From the NCBI GenBank assembly GCA_965637545.1, contig OZ281496.1, forward strand, positions 16,368,001 through 16,432,000: a DNA stretch of 64,000 nucleotides, in the 5' to 3' direction. Below, in pieces: positions 38,525-50,700 of this stretch. The notes beneath the pieces are model-generated. The model saw nothing but the letters and a program-made list of their open reading frames with translations. It was not told the origin of the DNA and searched no databases. Source of the DNA: Phallusia mammillata (taxonomy: Eukaryota). The stretch's first letter is position 1. The number at the start of each line of letters is the position of its first letter. A program made the position numbers and the translations under genes.

Positions 38525-41500
38525 TGACCAAATTCTTGTTGCTTATTTCAAATGTTGTTGTGACGTATATACCGTGGTATGTCATAAAATGACGTAAAAC
38601 CTAGCTAAAATAACGTTACTAAGGCGCCCATGCACGGCAAGAAAATTATGTTTTATAGCTTAAAACAAAAAAAATTGTTTCTCCTGAAATTACATGTCAC
38701 TGCAGCGCAAAGTGTGACGTCATATTTGGTAACTGATGTGGAATGGTCGAGATAAGTTTATTTGCATGGTCAAATAAACATAGCGACACAACAGCACTAA
38801 AACAATCACCAGGCCGGAAGGAAATAGCTGTGAAATGTTAAACGTTATCAAGGGTAAATAAAACAAAGAGAACAATTAGTAGATAATGTCTGAACGCATT
38901 GTAGCGACACCATAAAAAAGGCGTCATTTAACTGCGGCTCATATGAAAGGAATGTAGGCGCATGGCAAACACGACTGGGAGAAATGTTAATGTTTTTAGT
39001 CAAACAAATGTATTTATGAAACGAAACAAAATTTTAAGAAACGAACTTTATTCCATTTTTTTGTGACTAATTTTAGATCTTGTTGTAACATCTTTTGTTT
39101 AGTTTTGCAATTGGGGATTCTCAGTGCAACCGCGGGCGTTTAGTGAGCGGTCAGTTTGCAAGAACCATTCCACCGGATTGCGACACATTTGCTTCAAGTT
39201 TTACTCATAATCTGGGATCCACTCGAATAGTGGCCCGTTACCTTTCCGGTTTCCTGGCTCAAAACAACTACTGTGAGGTATCCTAAATCTTAAACTTTAG
39301 CCCCTAGCCATTAGTCCTTAAACCTTTTACCGCAGGTTTACGAGGACAATGACGACTCGGGTAAATTGGCTGGAATCATAACTGGTGGAGGGAAATCCTT
39401 TCCTGTAATACTTCGAACCCCATCTGCCTATGTGAATTGTTTGACGAATCTCACCACGACTGCTGTCGTTTTGATTATTCACGATGGTAAGTCAGATTAT
39501 ATTGATTTGACACTTGCACTTTGTGGACTTTTGCAGTTAGTTCGAATTCCATCGCAAACTAGATTTTTCAAGTCAATGCCTTGTTATACGTAAAGGATTT
39601 AAAACCAGTTTAATTCAGAACCACGGAAAAATTTCTAGCTGAGCAACAAGTACAAACGAAGCCCAATAATTTTTGAAAAGTGAAACCTCGCCACATGTGG
39701 CAGTGTTGAAGTTCTGTTTCTATAAATTGTTCGTTCAAAGAATGGAATAGAATGAATTAGAGTAAAATAACATTTGTAACACGAGCAATTAAAAATTTAC
39801 ATGGCACACGAAAAATAATTCCTACAGACAAGTGAATAATTCCTACAGACAAATTAGACTAAGCTTTACGACAGAGCACAGACACCTCTTTGAAACGGTA
39901 AATATCCCAAAGTGCTAACAGTTGGGACTATTTGGTTGCGGTAGGGCATTACCATTTAAAATTCAACAAAACTCCACCCTACCCCCCATTAGCTGCCAAA
40001 TTAATAATTTAACTCTATGCGTCACCTATCCTAGTTTCGCTGAATTCAGATACGCAACTCACTGCCTTAAGTAATGTACAGTAGGTATCATTTTAAAAGT
40101 GAGAGACGGAGACTGGGCTAAGGTTAGGAACTAAGTTCTTTGGTTGATTTTATTGCTATAATTATCTTTAAAGTCCCACCTTAACCCTAATAGATCTAAT
40201 CGTTAGTGTTGTCACACAAATGCATTTGAAATATTCGCGTATGCCCTTTGCGACACCTAACGGTATGTAGAACTTTTTCTCGTGTGATTTCTTGTGTTAA
40301 TAGATTTTCTGAATATAGCAAGATCAACCGAGCGTCCAAACCCGACCCAAAACGAAAACTCCTTCCTTCCTTTTCCGATATACTAAGGGTACACGAAGTA
40401 AAGTTAAACTTGTTGACCCCTAATTACATTTTAGCTGAAACGTGTGGAGAAAATGTTACTGGCACAGTGTATCATTTAATGTCACCTAACTTTCCAAGTA
40501 ATTACCAAAACAACGCTGGCTGTGTGTGGAGATTTGAAGTTGAAGAAATGACGTCCTTTGTGTTTCAATTTTCCTCTTTCGTCACTGAAATTGATGCTGA
40601 CGTTCTGTTTGTGAGTTGACTGTTACTTACATCAATGTCATGAAATTAAAGTAGTTTACCTCGCCAGCACATCCTGGTAACAAATTTGTTAACTTTAACA
40701 ACTTTACTTGTTGCCAATAATGATCACAGGTTAATGTATGCTATATTAATGTAATGGGTGATTTTAAGTCCTGGGTTCAAACTGATTTTTTCCCATTATT
40801 TCGACTACTTTTGAACCAGTCCCCATAGTGTCTTTCTAATGTATACCATAATAATTTAGAAGGGTTTTTAATCCTTATGATTAACAGATTATAATCTATT
40901 CATCTATTACTATATTTCTTATGGAAACATTTACATTCGTGATAATATTCCTATACTCAAAGGCAGTTGTTCTAAGTTATTTTGTTTGCTTAAGCATTAC
41001 CAGGATTTTGGGCTGTGATGATCTAAATTTTATATATTGCCTAGTTTAAGGACGAAAATGACAATGTACGAAGTCTTACTGGGGATCAAGGAGCACAAGA
41101 CGTTCGTATTAATTCTACAATTCTCACTGTTTTGTTCGTCAGCGATGGCAATGTAACTTCAATGGGATTTAATGCAACCGTCATTCTTAAAGGTGACTTC
41201 TTTGTTTTTTTCCAAGTGGGAATATCAGGTTTTATCTATCACGCTTCTCTGACTATTCCACCAAGTTTCTGACTTATAGAATTTGTTTTTAAACAGCATT
41301 ATAGAACCTTATTTAACATTACAGACCTTGTATAATGTGAATGATAGAGTTTGACTATCCAAACTAATTACACTGGCATTTTTAGCCACCAATCGACGAA
41401 CATATCCTAGATATAGTCGCGTACAAATTCAAGATGACGTACTACAATTTTGCCCTAAAGACGTATGTAAACTGGGACTCAAAAAGCTTCTCTTAAATCA

Positions 41501-43458
41501 CCTTGCAGGTTTGTCAACCATCACTTTAGAGCCGCCGCCATACGTTGAATGCTGAGAACAAAATTTTGACTATTACGTAAGTTGTAGATTTTTCATTTAA
41601 ATCGCTTTGTTATATTGTGTCATGTTAAACATATTCATACTTTTCTCTTAAATAAGTTGCAAATGTAGCTTAATATTATCTGTGCAAATCAGCCTCCAAA
41701 CAAATGTCCTCAATCCAAAATCAACTACTCTGTTCAGACAGTACGGGATATGCAACTGACTGATTCTCTTTTATGATTCAAAAAACATGTCCAATTAATT
41801 AAATTTTTGCAGAGTAACACCTCACGAACGACAAACACTTGATTATGAACTTGGTGACACACTTTACATCGCATTGGACCGGGAAACTCCCCTTTCACAA
41901 CTCAATGACAACTGCAAGGTCACCGGGTCAGATCCGGTGTTCGTGTTTGACTTGGGGGAGTGTGAAGCTATCTATAAGGTAACATGCGATAGTTTGTCGC
42001 CATACGGGTTATTTATTGGCATTGCAGTAATTATTTTTGCACTCAGTGATGAAGTGACACCATATATTTAACGTTATTGCTCTTCTGAAGTTTTTGACAT
42101 GTATTTGCAGAATAAGAACGATATGGTGTCGGTGTCTTTCCTGATCTGGAGATTCCTAGCTCCATCTACTGATCCGATTCAACGTGACGTTCAAAACATG
42201 CTTAATGTGACTTGTCTATTCAACGCCGACAGTCTTCTCTCGTCTTCCAATGTTCAACCACATATCGAGTAAGGATACTATACCAAGATATGTCACTTGA
42301 CACATGCTACCTGTCCCATATCATATGACAATAAAGTTTCAAATAAGGAATAAACAGCTGAATACATTGTTTCTAATGAGGAATAAACAGTATATAAGCT
42401 AATGCTGCCAGGCATAATATCAAGTTTGTAGAGCTCTTTTGACAAAGGAATAAACAGCTGAATACACTGTTGTTATGCAGACATTTTCAGTAAGTAGTTC
42501 ATGTCTAAATCTTTCAAACTTTGCGCAGATCCGTTGAAACTTCGGCTGAAAATACAGGAACCTTTGATGTCTCTCTAAGTCTTTTCACCAATGAACATTT
42601 CAACGAGAGCTTGCCCGAGGAAGTCACTGTGCCTAGCTACATTATTGCTGAAGTTAAAGTTGATGAGATTTCAGCAAGCAATGACGACTTCATTGTTCAG
42701 GTACGTAGAAAACAGACAAAGGTTTAGCGCCAATAATGTTGCCATGTAAATCACATTACGCCAGGCCCGTTGAAGGTGTAATACCGAATCACCCTGTCAC
42801 CAAGCAATCTTGCTTGAGATGGGAACGACCCCCGTCAGTCTTCCTGGGACTTGCGTTCTAACAACTGAGCAACGAAAGCTCAGTGGGAAACCGTCCAATG
42901 TCAAATATTCAGCTCTGTTTTTGCCTCGAATGCTGCACATTTTCAATACGTCTGGCGTACTAAAATTTTAAATTAATATGTAGGGTCGCTGGTCTGCACA
43001 AACACTTGAGGGCTGATCCCAGTTATGAATTTGTGCTTCCAGATGTAGTACTACAATTTTGCATTAAACATTTCATAAAATTTTCACATACGATGTGTAT
43101 AAAATCATCATCATAATCATCACATTTATTTTCAGTTGCGTATAAGGTTATTGCATTTAAATATAACATAATAGGCAAGCAACTGTTAGATGGCGAAGGG
43201 ACCATAACTTTTTTTCGACATTTAAATCATTATGCTATTTTCGAATTATTTTGAACTGTATTGAAAAACAGATTGTTTTCGTTTTTTTCGCATGATTTAA
43301 ATGCAACTTACAATCTAAGTATAATTTTTGTACACAGCTTGAAGAATGTTGGGCAACACGTGTTGAAAACTCCAGTGGTTTACCGAGTTACCAGATTGTA
43401 CAAAGCGGGTGAGTTTACTAACATTCGACCACTATTTTTAACGTTATTTACTACGTTC

Positions 43459-43462
<4 letters not shown>

Positions 43463-43504
<42 letters not shown>
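43463..43504. repeat. (TA)n microsatellite
   Basis: About 21 TA units. Confidence 0.98.
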
Positions 43505-43507
<3 letters not shown>

Positions 43508-44236
43508 TTTCTATTATTGTAATAACTAAGACAAAAAATGGTAGATACAAGTAAGCACAAATGAACAAACAGGTAAACGCTACGTAAAGGTGGTCAATTG
43601 GAGGCCAAACCACTCAACTAAGCACTCTGCACATTTTTTTCTTTCAGTGGCAATTATCCCAACTGTTTCATTATTTTCAAATCGTTAATACATGTGTTCA
43701 CAGTGTATTTTCATCACAAATCGGGCACACAAAAAAGTACAATTTAATAATGGTGCAACAGAGCTGTGGGTATGTGTTCCAATATACAGTAAACTTTTGC
43801 AAGCAGTCCAAGAAGTAACATTTTCCAATAGGGCGACAATTTGCAAGCGCGGAACTATATTTTTGTGACCTGATTTTTAAATCTTAGGTGCGATGCGCCA
43901 CCAAGTGGAGGCGACGCTCTAAACGCAAAGATGTTGATGCGAAACGAACTTTGCAACTTTCAAGCTGATGAGCTTTGTGTGGACAAATTTCACCGATGCA
44001 GAACAGTTTATCTACATCCACTGCGACGTCACCATCTGTCAAAATTCAACTGGACAATGTCCTGGACAGGTGAGTTGAGTTGATAATATTTCTCTTCCAA
44101 CAAGAGACACAATGGAAGACTGTTCACCGATTTAATAGTTTACTTTCACAAACCGTAAGTTGTTTGTCACTGACATCTTTCAGACAGACTCGATGTGTTT
44201 AAGTTTATTTCAAGTTTTAAACTAAAACACCTAAAT

Positions 44237-44700
44237 CAGTGTTTCTCAACCTGCGGGTCGCGACCCCCAAAGGGGTCGCCAAGCACTTTCGAGGGGGTCG
44301 CGAAGACGCAACCCAACTCGGAATGATTTTATCCGTATCAAAGAAACTTTCCCTGTGACTTCTGTTTAGCATAGTAACTCACACGACCGTTTGATTTAGA
44401 ACTTGCGCAACAAATTTTTTTGCGATTGTATACTTCTATAATTGCCGTTTTTGGCTTTGCTTAATAAAAAAAACACGAAATAGTGAAATGGTCAGTGAAA
44501 ATGACCCACAAACACAATTTTAAGGGTTTTCTGAAGTACAGCAAAACGCCGAACTATTGCAGTTACGTTAGATTGCAAATGTGTGAAGAACACAATCAAC
44601 ACCCTGGTGATTAAACTTCTTGTGTGCGCGTGTAAAGGGGTCGCGTGGTTTAGAAAACCTCTAAAGGGGGTCGCATAGTAATAAAGGTTGAGAACCACTG
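44237..44700. mobile_element. hAT MITE in a ZP-gene intron
   Basis: TIRs cagtgtttctcaacct / aggttgagaaccactg, subterminal ggggtcgc motifs and perfect 8-bp TSD acctaaat. Confidence 0.92.
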
Positions 44701-46178
44701 ACCTAAATTCATGATGCAATAACTTTGGGGCATTAATGTATTTGCAGACATGTGGAGGTGTAGGACGAAGATCTGTTGACAACAATGGACGCAACCAACG
44801 ACTTTCTGCAGGACCTGTGCGCATCTTACAAACTACCAAGTACTTGCTTGTGCAAGGTAACAACACAACAACTAAAATGCCTTTTATCCTACTTTCAAAA
44901 TCTTATTTTAATGTGCTATTTCCAATACCTGCGTTCATAGGCGAACATCAGTTTTACTAAATACGCAACCAAAGTTACTGGCAAAATTTGTTTCATTTTT
45001 ATCTTTGAAAGTGAAGAAGTTGTTATTTCCCCCTTTTTTGTTTAATGTTTAGTAGACGCCGGTGTATGCTGCTCGATTCGGTAAAGCTGTAGTTACAGGT
45101 CTGGTGTACGGTAGTATTTGTATGTAGTATTGTTGACCAACACAAGGATTTAGTTAAGTGCAGGTTTTTGTAATAAACTTGCCCTCACACAAATATATCT
45201 AAGTTAAACATTTTTTATTGCAGACACCTCGGGAGTTAGTGTTCAAGCAAATAAAGTAGCTGGCAACATCTTCCAACTTGGGATGTTTATTCTTCTGGCT
45301 GCTGTAACTATCGGAGCTGGTTACCTCCTATGGAACAAAATTGCCCCAAACCCATCATCTAAACAAATCCGTCTGTAGACATAAGTTTTCACGTATACTC
45401 GAGATTGTTATGTGTTTGCATTCTAAAATTTGTCGTTTGGGATTTCATTGGGTAACACACACTCTTTGTCGTACATATAACATAAACGCTCAAATCGTAC
45501 GTAAAGTACGTTTTGTACTGTAAGTGAAACTTTAATTGTGAAATATAATCAAATCTAACTGAAGTGTTGTTTTTTATAAACTTGAGCTATATATTAACTT
45601 ACCTGGGATAACTTAGTACGGCTAAACAGTATAAAATGAAAGGAAATTTAACTTGACAGCTTAGGTCAGTCTCGATTGGTCAAATCAAAGTTTGTGACAC
45701 TTGCATTTTTGCTTATAGTGCACCAAACTCACTTTATTTTTAGATTGACGATTTGTAATATAGTGTAGCTGCAGCGCGTTTGAAATTGTCCACCAATTGT
45801 GCCCTCCACTATTTTCTTATGTTTCCATGTCAAACGTATAGCGTACGAGTTTGTGTGACGTCATAAACGATTCAGGTAATTCGGATGAGCTTATTTGGCT
45901 AAACTGTTTTGGCCGAACCCAATTTTAGCCGATTCGGTACATCTCTACCAGTAACTCGACGACTTTACACAGTGGGATCATTTTTTCCTTCGGTACAATG
46001 AAGAGGAAGCTGGCTTGTAGTAACACATTTGCCCCGCATTGTTCGCGTCACAATGTTCTGCAGCACTAGGCATTGTTTGTTTGACTTTATGCCAGCCAGC
46101 AGAACCGGAGATAGAATGAATCTTATAATTACATGACATTTTTGTAGGAGCGTCCACGTAATTTAGCCTCTAATATAA

Positions 46179-46398
46179 GGTAGAGCTACTAACACTAAGC
46201 TTGGGCTGGCCCCCGGCCTGAGAACTTCTGGTAGGCAGCGCAAAAGAGCATAGGCGTTTATGGTGCTGTCTCAGTAATTATTCTTACCATGAACCCAAAT
46301 TGATGTAACAGCACCATAAACGCCTAATCTCTGTTGCGCCACCTACCAGAAGTTCTCAGGCCAGGGGCCAGCCCAAGCTCAGTGTTAGTAGCTCTACC
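46179..46398. mobile_element. MULE-type foldback MITE
   Basis: About 90-bp imperfect TIRs (ggtagagctactaacact...agtgttagtagctctacc) and perfect 9-bp TSD ctaatataa (46170-46178 and 46399-46407). Confidence 0.85.
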
Positions 46399-47469
46399 CT
46401 AATATAAAGACGATGTGAATGTGACGTATAAATCAGTATGGTTTATTACAAAAGCTGTATATCATATCAGCAATTGCAACAGCTTTATAGTCGCTGAAAC
46501 AGTTTTGTTATTTAACGAATCTCCCGCAGACAATAAAATGTATAAAAGAAAGATTCTTGCTTCTGATCAGTATAATATTGGACTGTTTCATAAAAACAGA
46601 TAAAAGCATAAATCGTTTCTTTTAATAACAAAAATATATATTTCGCCTTAATAAATAGGCATCATCAGTTTCTGCAAAAAGCAAACATGTAGTAGGCTGT
46701 CGATAAAAAGTTGTGAAAGCTTTGTCCATTCTCGTTTAACGAAATAAAAAAAGTAAGTTACAGTTCGAATGTTGTAATATCCCTTGTAAACGACCTTTAC
46801 ATACCCATGTGCGTATAGGGACTGTCTGAAGATGACTTTGAATCAGGGGTGTCCAACCTTTTTGGCCAAAGGGCGGTTTACGAATGATTGCGCGGGCCAC
46901 TTAAGTGTTACGGCTACATGCTAGTTTGGAGTCTTAGAAATAGCCGTCTTATAATTTCTAATTAAAATCCTCACACCGAAATTTCAATCTTAGAAATGTG
47001 TATTATCCTCGTTTACAGTTATAAGAACAATAAACACACCAAGATATAGTTAAGTCAAAAAAGTTTTTTCCACACGTTGACATTTCAATGTGACGTTTAG
47101 CACTGTTTTTCTCTCACAAGTTTGGCAATATTCGGTGAGATGGACGATGAAGCAATGCGAAGCGATTTAAAAAAAAAATTTCGTATGGCTGTCAGAAATT
47201 ACTGACCAATAAGCGTCAGTTACTGTCAATCTGGGGTGAATGAATACTGCAGAGACAGTAAAGAATACCTCTAGCAGCTTGAGTAATGGAAAAACAATCA
47301 CCAACACAAGGTAGGCAAGACTCTGTATCTTGTGGGTCAGACGTGACGAGTCTATACCCTAATCTTAACCGCAATTTGGTCGAAAAGGCGTTATGTCACG
47401 CCCTAGAAAGTCAGTCAAGCCGCAATCCGCAGAACGTTGGTTAGCCTAATCACATTTACGTTACAAAGT

Positions 47470-48950
47470 GTAGTTACACAGTGCCAGCAAAGTTTTTAAT
47501 CACAAGACAAGGGTATCTGGTGATAACCATTCGGTGTCCATCGCCAATATTGCAGTGCATTTTATTGTCAAAGACCAAGAACGGTTGCTTCTGACACGAA
47601 CTGGCCTTTTTAAACGTTTTATTGACGATATTATTTGGATATCGTTTGGCGAGAGAAACACTTTGAAAATCTTTCGGCTCAAGAAATCTTGCACTAACCT
47701 TCCTATGTTTAAAAACCACCTGCGTAGGTGAAAAACTAGAGTTCTTAGATGTTTCTCATGTTGCTTGTAGCGAAAGTCCAGGCTTTTTTACTACAGATCA
47801 TCAAAAGCCAACCGCTATAAACCGGCTTTATCTAAACGGTTTATGCACCACCTGCCACATGTTTTTAAATCAATTGTGGTTTCTGAAGCTACTCGAATGA
47901 GAAGATAAAACGAACGTGCATCAGGCTACACCAGTAGTCTTGTAAGATAACGCCAAAAGGGCCGAAAATCAGATTTTTTCTGACACGATGACAACCGACG
48001 TCATCAACCTCGCTCGAAATAGGATCAACGTGTTCCAGGACAGACTCCCTCTACGAAGCCCGCACAAACGGCGGTTTGGGCAACAGGTTTTCCCAATCTG
48101 GTTAAAGCAAATCAAGGTCTAAAGCCCAACGCCAAAGTAGTTTACAAACGGCCCTTAACTCTTGGTGGCATGTTAACCACCCCCTGGAAAATCGCGCTGG
48201 CGCTAACTACCACAGAAAATGGAACATCAAAACCGTGCGGAGCTTGCGCTTTGTGTGGTCGCTTAAAAAAAATATCAATCGATGGAGTTTCCCACTACCA
48301 CGTTTAGGACAAACAAACGAGTTTTCAAACTTCGGCAAAACCTAACGTGCAAAAATTATGGAGTTCATGTGGCAACATGCTCAACTTGCCAAGAAAACTA
48401 TGTTGGACAAACAAAAAACAAGTTTTCAACCAGATGGAACGCGCACAGAGCCATATGGAAAGCATGTGATCTTTCCAGTGCAAAAGAACAGGCGGCAATG
48501 CTTCACCATTATCACCAACATCACCCGACGCTCCTAGACAAAAGACCAGGCATCGATCAATGCTTTTGAGTCACATTTTTAAAACAACCAGCAATGTGCA
48601 TGTTGGACGTATGTGAAGATAAGTGGTATGGTAAAATCAAAGCCACCATAAACGTCGCAAACATGACCCTGCCACAGGTTAGATAACAAGTTTGCAGGTT
48701 GCTTGCGGAAGGCACATTTTCGGTCACGCGTTTGTCTTATCGCCTTTTTCCACCACGTTGCTTTTTTGTTCTTCATGTCGTTATGTTGTATCCGTTTTAA
48801 CGTTTGATTTAGTTGTCGAGAAGTGTTTTGTCGTTGTAGCAGTCTTTTATTATTATTTTTACATCTTTTATTGCCTAAATAATTCTATTATATTTCTTGC
48901 TTAGAACTGAGGATGCCATTATATCGGCGAAATCGATATTATTTATTTAC
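47470..48950 (+). mobile_element. 5'-truncated Penelope-like element (RT 3' half plus GIY-YIG; Neptune-like)
   Basis: SIANIAVH..FKRFIDDIIWI (RT catalytic motif), EFLDV, KPTAINRLYL..HVFKSIV, KPCGACALCG Cys linker and LTCKNYGVHVATCSTCQENYVGQT..FSTRWNAH (GIY-YIG). Confidence 0.88.
48907..48938 (+). ncRNA. Candidate minimal type I hammerhead ribozyme core at the PLE 3' end
   Basis: ctgagga t gcc-attatatc-ggc gaa a-tcga-t a: CUGANGA box, 3-bp stem II, GAA box, palindromic stem III and NUH = AUA. Stem I is poor. Confidence 0.45.
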
Positions 48951-49989
48951 AATACATTGCAACACCACAAACATAGATTGATTTAGGTGTACTGAAAGCT
49001 TCAGTTTACTAAGTTATGATTATCTGTAACTTGAAACATCTGTATTGAGCGCACGTGGGTTCAGAACGATTTCTGCAAAAGCACAGTTATATATGATTTC
49101 TCATGGGATTTAAAGTCACATGTCAACCTTTCCTGGAAAGTTCTGTTAGCGTTACTTGCTTTTTGTTTCCTGTTTGGCATAATCTATATCACTGCTGAGT
49201 GCGAAAGATGTTTTACTGCTAAATGCATTTTGCGCGAGTCTCTGATACCAGATGTATGTCAATGAACCAAGAAACATTACTGACTGACTCTTGAAGCACG
49301 AGTCAGATTGTGACGTAACAATAAGAAAATTGTGATACAGTGCGCATTGTGACGCAATAAAAGCAGCTTGAAATAGTTGTGTATTACTACTCTATTAACA
49401 AAGAAATAAAGCACACAATCAATGCCAATTTTTCAGAATGAAAGTTCGCCATAAATTAAGTAGGCGATTAAGTTGCCAATATGAGTCATTTAAAAAAATA
49501 CTACGCGGGCCACTCAAAACCTTCCGGCGGGCCACGGGTTGGGCACCCCTGCACTAGAGAATTAACAAATATTCACACTTCAAAATCTATTGCGGCACAA
49601 ACAAAATCAAAGTTTGAGAATTAATCACACATTCACTAGCATAGACGGTGAATGAAAAGGTCACACGGCAAGTAAAAAATGTACGTGTAGATTTTGGAAA
49701 AACTTCTGAAGCAAAACAATTTTGAAAAAAAGCAAACAAAGAAAAGACTTGACGCAATTGCAGATCACTCAAAAGTCACGCATTTGCAAACTTCTTTGTA
49801 TTGTTTTGGTGCCATCAATGTTTCAATTTATAAACATGTGCTCCGATTCTAAAGTTTTAGACACCAGGCTACTGAAAAAATATGAAAATTTGTTTTAATG
49901 CTTAATCGCTGGTCTGTGACATCGGTGCGTTTTTTTGTATGTGTGTGCGATTTTATTGGGATACAATTTAAATGTTTTAAACACATACT

Positions 49990-50214
49990 TACGTGATCTG
50001 AATAGATTGCCTTAATTTCATCTACGTTCACTAAGTTGAAAATAGCTTTTTTCGAATCAATATTTTCCTTCTCCCCTGTCAAGCTGCAGGCAGTAAAAGT
50101 GCACAAGTACATTAGAATCCCTAAAATAAGGATTCCAGCCTCTTTGGCCACACCGACCAAAACGCACGTCAGTGGTGCAGCAAGAATAACCAACGCAATA
50201 AACCGTACGTCCAA
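49990..50214 (-). CDS. Orphan exon encoding two hydrophobic segments
   Basis: ATG start, MDVRFIALVILAAPLTCVLVGVAKEAGILILGILMYLCTFTACSL..., ending at a gtaagt donor after YSDH. Confidence 0.3.
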
Positions 50215-50700
50215 ATGATGTTTTGAAACTACAAATAAAAAAATTCATTCACCAGAAACACCCACTAACAGCCGTTTTCTTTTTAACTTCATTCCGAAAT
50301 TTAATCGACCATTTCACATACTATTTGTATATATTGAGGTTTTTCACGGTTACCGATTCTTGTTTACTCTATTCGACTTGTTTAAAGCCGAAATTAGTAC
50401 CGAATTCCAACACGAGATTGCTATTTACATTTTTAAGGGGGCCACAGGTCCTACAGGGTCACTTGGATGGCCACGAGGCCAAAAAGTTACTTTGCTTTTT
50501 CAAAAGTGCTACGTGTTACAAGTGTGGAAGAATAGGTCACATTGCATCAACTTGCAGAAACCGAACCAAGAAGAATTTTAACTTCATTACTTCCGAAGAT
50601 GAACAGGTGCCTGTAAAATGTTGTTTTAGTTGTTTGAAGTTTAATGTAACTAAATGTCCGCTGGTTACAGAGTTTCTAGAGGTGTTTGATGACAAATTAG

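Larger units (their letters stand above)
34314..42294. repeat. ~4-kb inverted duplication centred on a hAT-like end and an N gap
   Basis: 34314-37933 is the reverse complement of 38525-42294, with several % substitutions and indels. 38018-38088 is perfectly inverted just before the gap (to 38344). Confidence 0.95.
39103..45378 (+). pseudogene. Multi-exon CUB-CUB-ZP-transmembrane protein gene (CUZD1/DMBT1-like architecture), probably disabled
   Basis: GT-AG exons 39103-39277 and 39336-39486 (divergent CUB); 40435-40610 and 41045-41192 (CGENVTG..MSPNFPSNYQNNAGCVW..LFVSDGNVTSMGFNAT, CUB); 41509-41576, 41813-41978 and 42111-42268 (ZP-N); 42529-42700 and 43888-44069 (GTFDVSLSLF..., FIYIHCDVTIC, ZP-C); 44748-44857 (GRRS cleavage site, LSAGPVRIL EHP-like); 45224-45378 (TM). 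In-frame TGA at 41553, plus apparent frameshifts near 41565 and 43945. Confidence 0.75.
46844..49551. mobile_element. Paired hAT ends enclosing a PLE insertion
   Basis: caggggtgtccaacc vs inverse caggggtgcccaacc (14/15) and shared gcgggccac motifs. The flanks do not match as a TSD (ctttgaat / cactagag). Confidence 0.5.

Noticed and set aside
41553-41555. TGA as selenocysteine
   Set aside because: No SECIS identified, ZP proteins are not known selenoproteins, and further frameshifts follow.
42069-42071. Apparent premature stop (PYI*) in the right ZP copy versus Tyr in the left copy
   Set aside because: It lies in the intron; the acceptor tttgcag is at 42110.
46828-46843. ctgaaga-tgac as a second hammerhead core
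   Set aside because: No GAAA box or stems follow; the sequence runs into the hAT TIR.
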